DNA of 50,243 nucleotides from Candidatus Nanopelagicales bacterium (GTDB taxonomy: Bacteria; Actinomycetota; Actinomycetes; S36-B12): positions 1 through 50,243 of the forward strand of contig JAFMCP010000004.1 in NCBI GenBank assembly GCA_017857705.1, written 5' to 3'. Below are positions 31,880-42,379 of the stretch, one piece after another. Under the pieces are notes generated by a model, which worked only from the letters and a program-made list of their open reading frames with translations, searched no databases and was not told where the DNA came from. Each line of letters begins with the position of its first letter. The stretch's first letter is position 1. A program made the position numbers and the translations under genes.

Positions 31880-33156
31880 TGTTCGACGTAAACGAGGTGC
31901 GCGCTGATTTTCCGATTCTCTCTCGGAGTGTTCGGGGAGTTCCATTGGTATACCTCGACAGTGGCGCCACCTCCCAGAAGCCGACGCAGGTCCTGGATGC
32001 GGAGCGGTTTTTCTACGAAAACTCAAACGCGGTCGTTCATCGCGGGGCTCATGCGCTAGCTGAGGAAGCAACCGATGCATACGAGAGAGCGCGACAAACG
32101 ATTTCCTCTTTTGTCGGGGCCCAGGTTGACGAGATTGTTTTCACGAAAAATGCCACTGAAGGAATTAACTTGGTAGCATACGCATTCTCAAATGCAACAG
32201 ATAAAGCACGTCAGGGCCTTGATGTAGACCAGCGTTTTGTCATCGGTCCGGGTGATTCCATCGTCGTAACGGAAATGGAGCACCACGCAAATCTCGTCCC
32301 ATGGCAAGAATTGTGCGCAAAGACCGGTGCTCAACTTCGGTGGTTTGGAATTACCGATGAGGGTCGACTTGATATCCAGCCAGGAATTATTGACAGCACA
32401 ACCAAGTTTGTTTCTGTGGTGCACCAATCAAACCTCCTAGGGACGATCAACCCTGTTCGAGAAATTATGGACATGGCACATGCAGTAGGGGCACTAGGAA
32501 TGGTTGACCTCTGCCAGTCTGTTCCGCACATGCCTGTCAACGTGCAAGAGCTTGGGGCTGACTTTGCCTCATGGAGTGGCCACAAGATGCTTGGTCCCAC
32601 AGGTATCGGAATTTTGTGGGGTCGGACGGAACTTCTCAACATCATGCCACCATTTCTCACAGGTGGCTCCATGATCGAAATGGTTCACATGGATCAAAGC
32701 ACTTACGCTCCTGCTCCGCAACGATTCGAGGCAGGTGTCCCCATGGTGGCCCAGGCGATTGGGCTAGCACGTGCATGTGAATATCTCTCAGACTTGGGCA
32801 TGGAGAATGTATTCCAACATGAACAGGAATTAACGGCTTATACGTTGGCTGAACTAGCAAAAATCCCTGGGGTCCGAGTCATCGGGCCACTTGATACTCG
32901 CGATCGAGGTTCAGCTGTTTCATTTGTCGTCGACGGCATTCACCCTCACGACGTAGGGCACCTGATGGATGCAATGGGAGTCGCAGTACGTGTAGGGCAC
33001 CATTGCTGTTGGCCAACCTGCCGGCGATTCGATGTTCCCGCGACTACTCGAATCACGACATATATTTACAATGACAAGAGTGACATCGATCAGGCGATAG
33101 CGGGTATTAAAAGCGCTCAAGAGTTCTTTGGGGCAAGTGTCGCGGTGAGCGCATGA
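31879..33156 (+). CDS. sufS: Cysteine desulfurase SufS
   Basis: YLDSGATSQKP, EHHANLVPW, PLP lysine in SGHKM, catalytic RVGHHC. Confidence 0.96.
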   Translation: MFDVNEVRADFPILSRSVRGVPLVYLDSGATSQKPTQVLDAERFFYENSNAVVHRGAHALAEEATDAYERARQTISSFVGAQVDEIVFTKNATEGINLVAYAFSNATDKARQGLDVDQRFVIGPGDSIVVTEMEHHANLVPWQELCAKTGAQLRWFGITDEGRLDIQPGIIDSTTKFVSVVHQSNLLGTINPVREIMDMAHAVGALGMVDLCQSVPHMPVNVQELGADFASWSGHKMLGPTGIGILWGRTELLNIMPPFLTGGSMIEMVHMDQSTYAPAPQRFEAGVPMVAQAIGLARACEYLSDLGMENVFQHEQELTAYTLAELAKIPGVRVIGPLDTRDRGSAVSFVVDGIHPHDVGHLMDAMGVAVRVGHHCCWPTCRRFDVPATTRITTYIYNDKSDIDQAIAGIKSAQEFFGASVAVSA

Positions 33157-33611
33157 GTGAGGATCTCTATCAAGAAATAATCCTTGATCACTATAAAAAC
33201 CCTCGTGGCAAAAGAGTTAAAATTGATTCTCTGGCTCAGAGTTACCAGGTCAACCCAACCTGTGGGGATGAAATCACAGTTGACGTTGGACAGAATTCTG
33301 ATGGCACGTTATTGGTTTCCTACGATGGACAGGGCTGCTCTATTTCACAGGCGAGCGCAAGCGTGATGAGCGAGCTGATTAATGGAAAGACGCCTGAACA
33401 GGCAGCACCCATTCAGGCTGCATTCATGGAACTCATGAAATCAAAAGGACAACTTGAACCGGATGAAGATGTACTTGAAGACGCAATCGCATTTGCGGGT
33501 GTGTCCAAGTATCCGGCTCGCATCAAGTGCGCTCTCATCTCATGGATGGCGTTATCTGATGCACAGATAAAGGCGTCGTTGACCGCGACAACTACTACAA
33601 GGGATGAGTGA
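33153..33611 (+). CDS. sufU: SUF system NifU-family protein SufU
   Basis: LYQEIILDHY, NPTCGDE, GCSISQAS and RIKCAL motifs. Confidence 0.96.
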   Translation: MSEDLYQEIILDHYKNPRGKRVKIDSLAQSYQVNPTCGDEITVDVGQNSDGTLLVSYDGQGCSISQASASVMSELINGKTPEQAAPIQAAFMELMKSKGQLEPDEDVLEDAIAFAGVSKYPARIKCALISWMALSDAQIKASLTATTTTRDE

Positions 33612-33614
33612 ATT

Positions 33615-33926
33615 ATGGCTGTAACCGACGAAGACGTTATTGAAGCAATGAAGGACGTTATTGACCCTGAACTGGGTATCAATGTTGTTGACCTTGGTTT
33701 GGTATACGGGGTGACAGTTGACGAGAACAACACGGCCACCGTCGATATGACTCTGACTTCGGCAGCCTGCCCACTCACTGATGTCATAGAAGATCAAACG
33801 CGAAGTGCACTGGATGCAGTTGTTACTGACTTCAAAATTAACTGGGTTTGGATGCCGCCATGGGGACCGGACAAGATTACAGATGACGGTCGGGACATGC
33901 TGCGTTCCCTCGGATTCAACATCTGA
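33615..33926 (+). CDS. sufT: DUF59 Fe-S maturation factor (SufT-like)
   Basis: VIDPELGINVVDLGLVY, MTLTSAACP and WMPPW motifs. Confidence 0.92.
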   Translation: MAVTDEDVIEAMKDVIDPELGINVVDLGLVYGVTVDENNTATVDMTLTSAACPLTDVIEDQTRSALDAVVTDFKINWVWMPPWGPDKITDDGRDMLRSLGFNI

Positions 33927-33963
33927 ATCTGTTGATTGGCGCAGGGACTAGACTGCGTTAGTC

Positions 33964-35568
33964 ATGATTGCAGCTTCCGAAATCGAGTTGCGCGCAGGAT
34001 CAGAACTTCTCCTCACGGCCCCAATGCTCAGGGTTGATAAGGGTGACCGGATTGGCCTTGTTGGGCGCAATGGGGCCGGGAAAACAACTTTGACGCGAGT
34101 CCTAGCCAGTGAAGCCTCCCCGGCCAGTGGAAATGTCAAAATTACTGGAACCGTCGGCTATTTGCCCCAGGATCCCCGCACGGCTGACCCAAGCCAACTG
34201 GCACGGTCGCGAATACTCAGTGCTCGAGGCCTTGATGCCGTCTCAATCCGGATGACAAAAGCAGCGGAGGCTTTGGCCTCGCCGGGGATCAGCGCTGAAG
34301 ATTTTGACAAAGCAGGAGATCGTTATAACCGTGCTCTAGGGGAATTTGAAGGCCTTGGTGGGTACACGGCCGAATCTGAGGCAGCAACGATTGCTGCAAG
34401 TATTGGTCTGGACGATCGCATACTGGGCCAACCATTAGGGACGCTTTCGGGCGGACAACGTAGGCGGGTTGAACTGACGAGAATTCTATTCTCTGATGCA
34501 GATGTCTTACTTTTAGATGAACCAACGAACCACCTGGATGCGGACTCAATCCGGTGGCTGCGTAAATATCTCGCGGCCTACGAGGGCGGATTTATTGTGA
34601 TCAGTCACGACACGGAACTGCTCGAAGATACCGTGAACAAAGTGTGGCACCTCGACGCTAATCGACAGGAAATTGATCTCTACTCAATGGGTTGGAGCAA
34701 ATACCTGCTCGCGAGAGAAACTGATGAAAAACGAAGAAAACGTGAACGCAAAAACGCAGAGACACAAGCCGACAGTCTTCGCAAACAAGCAGAGAAAATG
34801 CGGGCAAAAGCCTCAAAAGCTAAAGCTGCCCAGAGCATGTTCAAGCGGGCTGATCGAATTATGGCTGAAACGGCAACGGTTCTCCAGAAAGACAATGTGG
34901 CAAAGCTAAGGTTTCCCACACCTAAGGCCTGTGGCCGGGTTCCCCTGATGGCGGAAAACCTGTCCCGCAGTTACGGAAGTCTGGAGGTATTCACCGACGT
35001 TGACCTAGCAATTGATAGAGGCAGCAAAGTCGTAATTTTAGGACTTAACGGAGCGGGGAAAACAACTATGTTGCGAATACTTGCCGGAATTGACCCGCCA
35101 GACACAGGATCCAGGGAACTGGGACACGGTGCAGTTGTTGGCTATTACGCCCAGGAACATGAAACTTTGGATCCGACCGCAACCGTCTGGGAGACCATGG
35201 CCTCGGCAGGAACACACCTCAATGACACGCAGCAAAGAACCGTCCTTGGTTCATTCCTTTTCCAAGGGGATTCGGTTCACAAGCCCACAGGAGTGCTTTC
35301 TGGGGGCGAGAAGACTCGATTGGCACTGGCTTGTCTAGTGGTCTCAGGATCAAATGTTCTTCTGCTTGATGAGCCAACAAACAACCTTGATCCAGCAAGT
35401 CGCGCGGAAGTTCTTAATGCGTTATCACTGTATGAAGGGGCTGTTGTGTTGGTCACACATGATCCCGGCGCTGTAAGGGCGCTCAATCCAGAAAGAGTCC
35501 TGATCCTCCCTGATGGAGATGAAGATCTATGGAGCGAGGCCTATATCGAGCTGATTGAGTTAGCCTAA
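33964..35568 (+). CDS. ABC-F family ATPase
   Basis: Two ABC domains (GRNGAGKT/LSGGQ and GLNGAGKT/LSGGE), LDEPTNHLD, a charged inter-domain linker, no TM segments. Confidence 0.94.
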   Translation: MIAASEIELRAGSELLLTAPMLRVDKGDRIGLVGRNGAGKTTLTRVLASEASPASGNVKITGTVGYLPQDPRTADPSQLARSRILSARGLDAVSIRMTKAAEALASPGISAEDFDKAGDRYNRALGEFEGLGGYTAESEAATIAASIGLDDRILGQPLGTLSGGQRRRVELTRILFSDADVLLLDEPTNHLDADSIRWLRKYLAAYEGGFIVISHDTELLEDTVNKVWHLDANRQEIDLYSMGWSKYLLARETDEKRRKRERKNAETQADSLRKQAEKMRAKASKAKAAQSMFKRADRIMAETATVLQKDNVAKLRFPTPKACGRVPLMAENLSRSYGSLEVFTDVDLAIDRGSKVVILGLNGAGKTTMLRILAGIDPPDTGSRELGHGAVVGYYAQEHETLDPTATVWETMASAGTHLNDTQQRTVLGSFLFQGDSVHKPTGVLSGGEKTRLALACLVVSGSNVLLLDEPTNNLDPASRAEVLNALSLYEGAVVLVTHDPGAVRALNPERVLILPDGDEDLWSEAYIELIELA

Positions 35569-35572
35569 GGTC

Positions 35573-36334
35573 ATGGAAATTCTCACCGATCACGTTGATG
35601 ACACATTCACCATCACTCTTAACGATCCTGACAAGCGGAATGCGCAAACCCCACAAACGTGGGATCAACTATTCGACATTAGCCAACAGATTCCTAATGA
35701 TGCTCGTTTCTTGGTTCTACGCGGAAATGGTAAATCCTTTTCTGCGGGTCTTGATCGCGCAATGTTCACGCCAGATGGCGTCCCCGGACAGCCGTCTTTC
35801 ATGGAAATGGCAGCCCAGAATGATTCACAAATGGACGATACAATTGCCCACTACCAGCGTTTTTTTAGAATCCTGCGTGACTTACCCCAGGTGAGTGTGG
35901 CTCTGGTTCAAGGGCACGCAATAGGAGCGGGTTTTCAGCTCGCCCTCGCATGTGATCTCATCGTCTCGCAGCCGAGCGCATTGTTTGCACTTAAGGAAAC
36001 TCAATGGGGATTGACGCCTGATTTGGGTGGCACTGTTCGGTTCATGGAGGCACTCGGGTATCGCAAGAGCCTTGAACTCATCGGTAGCGGACGTGTAATT
36101 ACCGGTGAGGAAGCATATGCACTCGGTCTAGTGAGTGTTGTTGCGGAAAATCTGGACTTGGGGCTGAGCCAACTGATTGACCCGTTGCGGGCAGTCATGC
36201 CCGAAGCCTTAATCGATGCGAAGTCGCTATTGACCGGGATTGCTTACGGGGAAGAACCTTGGGTAGCCGAAAGACGGTCTCAGACCAAGCGACTCCGTCA
36301 TCTACATCTTCACACACTCATGTCAGAGCAGTAA
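35573..36334 (+). CDS. Enoyl-CoA hydratase/isomerase family protein
   Basis: TLNDPDKRNA, FSAGLD, GHAIGAGFQLALACD and E..WGLTPDLGG motifs. Confidence 0.93.
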   Translation: MEILTDHVDDTFTITLNDPDKRNAQTPQTWDQLFDISQQIPNDARFLVLRGNGKSFSAGLDRAMFTPDGVPGQPSFMEMAAQNDSQMDDTIAHYQRFFRILRDLPQVSVALVQGHAIGAGFQLALACDLIVSQPSALFALKETQWGLTPDLGGTVRFMEALGYRKSLELIGSGRVITGEEAYALGLVSVVAENLDLGLSQLIDPLRAVMPEALIDAKSLLTGIAYGEEPWVAERRSQTKRLRHLHLHTLMSEQ

Positions 36335-36356
36335 TTAATAGTTCGGAGAATACTTC

Positions 36357-38219
36357 TTGTCAATGGAAAACGCATGGATGATGTATCGGTCAATGACGCG
36401 AGATTCATCTGTCAAAGACAACAAGATCAGTCGGGAAACCGTCAAACGAATATTGGGTTACGCAAAACCGTACAAGATACTCATCACTTTCTTTCTTATA
36501 ACCTTGGTTATAGCTTCCCTGTTAAGTGTTGCGCAGCCACTGCTCTTCCGCCGAATCGTCGACCAAGGAATCACGCCAGGCAATGCGAGTCTAGTAACCT
36601 GGACAGCAGTTTTTATTGCATTATTAGCAATAGCCGATGCAGGCTTGGGGGTCGTAAGTCGTTATTACTCGGCTCGAATCGGTGAAGGACTCATTTTCGA
36701 TCTGCGTAATGAAGTATATGACCATGTTCAATCTCAAAGCATCGCATTTTTTACTCGAGCACAAACCGGCGCCCTCATCTCCCGGTTGAATAATGACGTG
36801 ATTGGTGCCCAACAGGCTTTCACTTCTACACTCGGTGGAGTGCTTGGCAACATGATTTCACTCGTCATTGTCTTAATCACAATGTTTATTTTGTCGTGGC
36901 AAATTACCCTCGCCTCACTCATCTTGGTGCCACTATTTTTACTCCCAGCGAGGTACATGGGGCGTCGATTACAGTCCATGACACGCGAACAAATGGTCGT
37001 GAACGCCTCCATGAGCAACCAGATGACGGAGAGGTTCAATGTTGCTGGAGCACTTTTAGTAAAACTCTTTGGCCGACCAAATGAAGAGTCTCAGGTGTTC
37101 AGTGACCGAGCGAAGGTTGTTCGAGACTCCGGAATCAAGATCGCTATGGCAAACCGATGGTTTTTTACGGCATTAACCCTCGTTGCCGCGTTGGCTACAG
37201 CGGTCACCTACGGGCTTGGCGGCAACCTAGTCATTACAGGGGCAATTTCACTGGGAACACTGCTTGCACTCGTTGGCTTATTGGCACAACTCTACGGCCC
37301 TCTTACAGCCATTTCGAATGTACGCGTTGATGTCATGACCGCACTCGTCTCATTCGATCGGGTATTTGAAGTGCTTGATTTGAAACCGCTTGTGGTCGAG
37401 TCGCCAGATGCGAAGAATTTACCTAGTGGTCCTTTATCTGTCGCCTTCGAACACGTTGATTTCACATATCCAAAAGCCAGCGACGTAAGTTTGGCATCCC
37501 TAGAATCAATAGCCCGTACAGACTCGGCCGGGGGGGAGGGGCCTGTATTGCGCGACGTTAGTTTTGATGTACCCGCAGGAACTCTAACGGCACTTGTCGG
37601 CCCATCGGGTGCAGGAAAAACGACAATCACTGCACTACTTTCGCGGCTGTATGACCCAGTAGGAGGATGCATTCGGATTGGTGGGGAGGACATCCGAGAT
37701 GTCAGTTTCGAGTCGCTCCGTGATGCCCTCGGTGTCGTGACACAGGATTCGCATATGTTTCATGACACCATTGGGGCGAATTTACTTTATGCAAAGCCCG
37801 ACGCAACTGCGGAGCAAGTCGAGCGAGCGTGTGTTGATGCCCAAATCTGGAACATGATTACGTCCTTGCCAGAAGGTCTAGACACAGTCGTTGGTGACAG
37901 GGGTTATCGGCTTTCCGGCGGCGAGAAGCAAAGAATTGCGCTGGCGCGCTTGCTATTGAAGTCACCTCGAGTTGTAGTCCTTGACGAAGCAACCGCTCAT
38001 CTGGACAGTGAAAGTGAAAGGGCCGTACATCAGGCGCTCGACAATGCCCTCAGTGGTCGTACTTCGGTCGTTATTGCGCATAGGCTTTCTACCATTAGGG
38101 GAGCGCATCAAATCCTTGTTGTTGTCGACGGTCAGATTGTTCAACGCGGCACGCACGAGGAGTTACTGGCCGAAGGTGGGGTTTATTCCGACCTCTATGA
38201 AACTCAATTCACTCGTTAG
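36357..38219 (+). CDS. ABC exporter, fused permease/ATPase
   Basis: N-terminal TM domain followed by GPSGAGKT, LSGGEKQR, LDEATAHLD and IAHRLST. Start is TTG 36357 or ATG 36363. Confidence 0.94.
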   Translation: MSMENAWMMYRSMTRDSSVKDNKISRETVKRILGYAKPYKILITFFLITLVIASLLSVAQPLLFRRIVDQGITPGNASLVTWTAVFIALLAIADAGLGVVSRYYSARIGEGLIFDLRNEVYDHVQSQSIAFFTRAQTGALISRLNNDVIGAQQAFTSTLGGVLGNMISLVIVLITMFILSWQITLASLILVPLFLLPARYMGRRLQSMTREQMVVNASMSNQMTERFNVAGALLVKLFGRPNEESQVFSDRAKVVRDSGIKIAMANRWFFTALTLVAALATAVTYGLGGNLVITGAISLGTLLALVGLLAQLYGPLTAISNVRVDVMTALVSFDRVFEVLDLKPLVVESPDAKNLPSGPLSVAFEHVDFTYPKASDVSLASLESIARTDSAGGEGPVLRDVSFDVPAGTLTALVGPSGAGKTTITALLSRLYDPVGGCIRIGGEDIRDVSFESLRDALGVVTQDSHMFHDTIGANLLYAKPDATAEQVERACVDAQIWNMITSLPEGLDTVVGDRGYRLSGGEKQRIALARLLLKSPRVVVLDEATAHLDSESERAVHQALDNALSGRTSVVIAHRLSTIRGAHQILVVVDGQIVQRGTHEELLAEGGVYSDLYETQFTR

Positions 38220-38910
38220 GTGTTTCGGCCTCACGCCTTAAGAAAATAAACCAACCGATAATCGCTACAAGAGCGAATAGAATCCACTGCACGGCATACG
38301 AAATATTTTGTCCTTCGTCGACATCAGGCAACGGAACGATGGCGATTTCACCAGAGGGTGTGGACGAGATCAGTTGAACCACCCGGTTATCAACGGCACC
38401 CGGGGAATTTCCTGATGTTAGTTCTTCCAATGACATTTTGGCAATAACTCCGCTTGGAAGCCCATATACATCTTCCAGAGGCTCTTCAAAAAATCGAACC
38501 GCCCCCGTCACCTTGGTTTGCCCCGTTTGGGACTGTGGAATTGCGGGTACTTCGGTGGCAATTGTGGAGGCACCCACCCATCCACGAATCACCCAGATTC
38601 TGGTCCCGGAATTTGTGTCTAGTGGAGTCATTACCCAATAACCGTTGCCACCATCAAGTGGACGTTGGCGAACCAATTGGGTGTCCTCATTGTTGTAAAT
38701 CCCCGAGATGTGAACACGCGTAAACTCGTCAAGGTCATTAACTGAGCCAACATCGCGCAACACTTGCGCCTGGGAAATGGCCATGCGTTCGGCACGTTGT
38801 TCGTCTGCTCTATCCCATTGCCAACGGCTTAGTAAGCCAAAGCCAATAATGGCAATAACCACGATGGCCGTAAAACCGAGCCAGCGCCGGGTCTTAAGAA
38901 GGGCAAGCAC
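38209..38910 (-). CDS. SURF1 family cytochrome oxidase biogenesis protein
   Basis: TM helix-LSRWQW, GYWVMTPL, RGWV, NISYAVQW-TM helix. Confidence 0.92.
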   Translation of the reverse strand: MLALLKTRRWLGFTAIVVIAIIGFGLLSRWQWDRADEQRAERMAISQAQVLRDVGSVNDLDEFTRVHISGIYNNEDTQLVRQRPLDGGNGYWVMTPLDTNSGTRIWVIRGWVGASTIATEVPAIPQSQTGQTKVTGAVRFFEEPLEDVYGLPSGVIAKMSLEELTSGNSPGAVDNRVVQLISSTPSGEIAIVPLPDVDEGQNISYAVQWILFALVAIIGWFIFLRREAETPNE

Positions 38911-38967
38911 ACTTCACCTTAATCCACCCTCGAAGTTCTCGATTGCGCAGGAAGGACGTTCGAACGG

Positions 38968-39282
38968 CTATCTTTCAATCGAACGTGATATGCGACGCTC
39001 ATATTCTTGAGCTGAGGCCGCGCTCGGTAATGCTATTGCCGCAACACCCATTGATCCTGCCTCATCACTTCCTCGTCCCGCGTTGGCGATCACGACGGCC
39101 AAATATGGCAAGACAACGGCACCCACGATGAAAATCCATTTTGGCCAACCAGGAACAACTATTGCCGCAAGGACGCAGGCTGTCCTAATTCCCATGGAAA
39201 TGAGATATCTCTTCGTCCGCCCCGATTGTTCGTTACTCAAAGCGCGACTAGTCGCGGTAATGGTGTAAACCTCCGGTGCCAT
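38968..39282 (-). CDS. DUF3099 family small membrane protein
   Basis: ITA..R.KRYLISMGIRTAC..LPYLAVVIANA pattern. Conserved position next to SURF1 and fabG. Confidence 0.85.
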   Translation of the reverse strand: MAPEVYTITATSRALSNEQSGRTKRYLISMGIRTACVLAAIVVPGWPKWIFIVGAVVLPYLAVVIANAGRGSDEAGSMGVAAIALPSAASAQEYERRISRSIER

Positions 39283-39335
39283 GGCGATAGCCTAAGCCCA
39301 TTACAGACTGAGCGCGATCTGACAAAAGGAGTTCT

Positions 39336-39548
39336 ATGACCGACCGGAGTTACGGAATCGCCACAATTGTTGGCACTTCCCCTGAATCTCTTGATACTGC
39401 TATCCGCAACGCGGTGAAACGGGCAGGGGAACTTCACAAGCATGTGGATTGGTTTGAAGTGGACCAAATCCGTGGATATGTCAGAGAAAATGGCGTGGAT
39501 CACTTCCAGGTCACTGTTCGAGTTGGTTACCGTCTCGAGGATCAGTAG
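39336..39548 (+). CDS. Dodecin (flavin-binding protein)
   Basis: 70 aa with IVGTS..AIRNA..WFEV..IRG..FQVTVRVG. SD AAGGAG upstream. Confidence 0.92.
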   Translation: MTDRSYGIATIVGTSPESLDTAIRNAVKRAGELHKHVDWFEVDQIRGYVRENGVDHFQVTVRVGYRLEDQ

Positions 39549-40268
39549 GTGAAAGAGCATCTAGGTGTTGCTTTCATCACAGGTGGTAACAGGGGTATCG
39601 GTGCGGCTACCGCTCAGGTTTTATCTGATGCCGGATACAAAGTGGTTATTGGTTCGCGATCGGGTGAAGTCAATACGACTGCTGAGGTAAGCAGTGTTCG
39701 CATTGATGTCAGCGACGCAGAGTCAATTGAGAATGCAATAAACGAGATTGAGTCGGAATTTGGTCCAATAGAAGTCCTAATAGCAAATGCCGGAATTACG
39801 CGCGATTCCTTGCTGATGCGTATGACCGATGCCGATATTGAGGAAACGATCAATACCAATTTAGTTGGATCGATTCGACTGGCGCGACGCGTGCTTCGCC
39901 CAATGATTAAGGCAAAAAGCGGACGAATCATTTTTATGTCATCTGTTGTGGGCCTGCTGGGTAGTGCCGGTCAGGTTAATTACTCTGCATCAAAAGCAGG
40001 GTTGGTGGGAGCGGCGCGTTCGCTAACTCGAGAAGTTGGTACTCGGGGCATCACCATAAATGTTGTAGCTCCCGGTTTTATCGACACTGATATGACTTCA
40101 GCACTAGATGAAACTACGAGAAAGGCGATTCTGGGAACAATCCCAGCCGGACGCTACGGCGAACCGAGTGAAGTTGCACATGTTATTAAGTTTCTCGTCT
40201 CTGAGGATGCCGGCTATATTTCAGGCGCAGTAATTCCAGTTGACGGTGGACTTGGAATGGGACACTGA
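39549..40268 (+). CDS. fabG: 3-oxoacyl-ACP reductase
   Basis: TGGNRGIG, NAGITRD, YSASK, PGFIDTDMT and VDGGLGMGH motifs. Confidence 0.95.
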   Translation: MKEHLGVAFITGGNRGIGAATAQVLSDAGYKVVIGSRSGEVNTTAEVSSVRIDVSDAESIENAINEIESEFGPIEVLIANAGITRDSLLMRMTDADIEETINTNLVGSIRLARRVLRPMIKAKSGRIIFMSSVVGLLGSAGQVNYSASKAGLVGAARSLTREVGTRGITINVVAPGFIDTDMTSALDETTRKAILGTIPAGRYGEPSEVAHVIKFLVSEDAGYISGAVIPVDGGLGMGH

Positions 40269-40276
40269 GGAGAATC

Positions 40277-41041
40277 ATGTTGCTCGAAAATAAAAATATC
40301 TTGATTACGGGGCTGCTTACAGATCAGTCAATTGCATTTCACGTTGCAAAAATCGCTCAGGAACAAGGTGCGAATGTAGTTTTAACATCTTTCGGTCGGA
40401 CAATGTCGTTGACCAAACGTAGCGCGTCCCGTTTGCCAAAAGAGGTGGGGATAGTCGAACTCGACGTGACCAGCCAGGAGGATCTTGAGTCCCTGGCAGA
40501 GCGAGTGCAAGAACACGTGCCTCACCTAGATGGGGTCCTCCATTCCGTCGGATTTGCCCCTGAGAGCGCGCTTGGAGGTAATTTTTTGCAGACTTCGTGG
40601 GAAGATGTTTCAACGGCAATGCATATCTCAACATTCTCATTTAAGTCATTGTCCATCGCCTGTAAGCCGCTACTTGGACACGGCAGCTCAATAGTCGGCC
40701 TTGACTTTGATGCAACCGTTGCCTGGCCAACATATGACTGGATGGGTGTCGCAAAGGCAGCCCTTGAGAGCACATCGAGATATTTGGCAAGGGATTTAGG
40801 ACCACTGGGAATACGCGTAAATCTCGTTGCTGCAGGTCCAATTCGGACAATGGCGGCGAAGAGCATTCCGGGATTTGAAGAATTCGAAAATATCTGGCAG
40901 GAACGGGCACCATTAGGTTGGGACGTTAGCGACCCTACTGCTGCGGCTCAAGCGTGTGTGGTTCTTTTCTCAGATTGGCTGCCCGCTACTAGCGGGGAAA
41001 TGATCCACGTTGATGGTGGGATGCACTCACAAGGTGCCTAG
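40277..41041 (+). CDS. fabI: Enoyl-ACP reductase (InhA-type)
   Basis: SIAFHVA, HSVGFAP, YDWMGVAK and AAGPIRT motifs. fabG-fabI pair. Confidence 0.95.
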   Translation: MLLENKNILITGLLTDQSIAFHVAKIAQEQGANVVLTSFGRTMSLTKRSASRLPKEVGIVELDVTSQEDLESLAERVQEHVPHLDGVLHSVGFAPESALGGNFLQTSWEDVSTAMHISTFSFKSLSIACKPLLGHGSSIVGLDFDATVAWPTYDWMGVAKAALESTSRYLARDLGPLGIRVNLVAAGPIRTMAAKSIPGFEEFENIWQERAPLGWDVSDPTAAAQACVVLFSDWLPATSGEMIHVDGGMHSQGA

Positions 41042-42249
41042 TTAGCTCGCTCGCGATCAGATCTCACTATTTCGTCACGAGTAATTCCCAGTAGGTAAAG
41101 AACAGAGTCTAAGTAGGGGACGTTGACGGTCGTGTCCGCGCTTTCGCGCAACGCAGGCTTGGCATTGAACGCAACACCCAAACCAGCTTCTGAAATCATG
41201 TCAATGTCATTTGCTCCGTCCCCTATTGCAATTGTTCGACGGTTAGGGATGTTGAGTTCAGTGGAGAAATCGATGAGTGCCTGCCTCTTACCCTCACGAT
41301 CTATGATCGGGCCCACTATTTTTCCGGTCAATGTCCCATCAATGATTTCTAGGATGTTTGCTCGAAAGGCGTGTACACCCAAGTCCTTGGCAATGGGCCC
41401 GATCACGTCAGTGAAACCCCCCGACACTAAGACGATGCGATAGCCCAACCGATTTAAAGTTCGGCATAGGGTCCGGGCACCAGGTGTAAGCGTGACCATT
41501 TGGCCAACTTGGTCGAGCAACGATGCTGGTGAGCCCGCAAGGAGTTCTACACGTGCTCTCAGTGCTTGCGCAAAGTCAATCTCCCCATTCATGGCCGCTC
41601 GTGTTATCTCGGTAACCTGCGGGCCAACACCGGCGAGTTCACCGAGCAGATCCACGACCTCTTCCCGGATCAGTGTTGAATCTACGTCCAGAACAACTAA
41701 ATATTGACCGCGCGCCTCAAGTGCTACATCTTGCACCGAAATGTCAACCTGACACCTAGCTGACACCTCAGCCAGAGGGCGCCTCAATGCACTTGGCGCC
41801 ACTCCTGATCCTTCAAAACGAATAGCCGTAACAGGGTAGTCGGCGATACTGTGAATGCGATCAAGGTTGCCCCCGTGTTGAGCGATGGTTGATGTGACAA
41901 TACTGATGCATTCCGGATGCAATGGGGAACCCATTACGACCACCTGGAATTTTTCAGGTGAATGGTCTGCTTCCAATGTAGCCACAGGACGGGTTGTGAC
42001 CTCCATATTTCGCGCACTTGCTGCAAGCCGAACATCTTTTCGAACGGATTCAAGAACACTAGGAGCATCTGAGTTGTGCACTGTTGGATCAATTTCAACG
42101 GCGATGGCCAATGTGAGATGACCGCGGACAACAAGTTGCTCCATGTCAATTACGACAACGGGCGACGGTGCGAGCGCTTCGAAGATTGCACTGGTAAGCC
42201 CCGGTGCATCAATTCCACTCACGGTTATTAGCAATGCGCGATCAATCAC
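41038..42249 (-). CDS. serB: Phosphoserine phosphatase with two ACT domains
   Basis: HAD motifs DVDST, VSGGF, K and GDGAND. N-terminal ACT repeats. Confidence 0.96.
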   Translation of the reverse strand: MIDRALLITVSGIDAPGLTSAIFEALAPSPVVVIDMEQLVVRGHLTLAIAVEIDPTVHNSDAPSVLESVRKDVRLAASARNMEVTTRPVATLEADHSPEKFQVVVMGSPLHPECISIVTSTIAQHGGNLDRIHSIADYPVTAIRFEGSGVAPSALRRPLAEVSARCQVDISVQDVALEARGQYLVVLDVDSTLIREEVVDLLGELAGVGPQVTEITRAAMNGEIDFAQALRARVELLAGSPASLLDQVGQMVTLTPGARTLCRTLNRLGYRIVLVSGGFTDVIGPIAKDLGVHAFRANILEIIDGTLTGKIVGPIIDREGKRQALIDFSTELNIPNRRTIAIGDGANDIDMISEAGLGVAFNAKPALRESADTTVNVPYLDSVLYLLGITRDEIVRSDRERAN

Positions 42250-42379
42250 CGGGCAAGCCTAAGACTCTCTCCTTCGAAAGAAAGCTATGGTCTCCTCATA
42301 AGATGTATTGGTCGATAAAAACCTGCTTAAAATCGCTGAGCAGCCGGTAGTGCCGGGAATCCAGCAGAAGGGTGGACAG

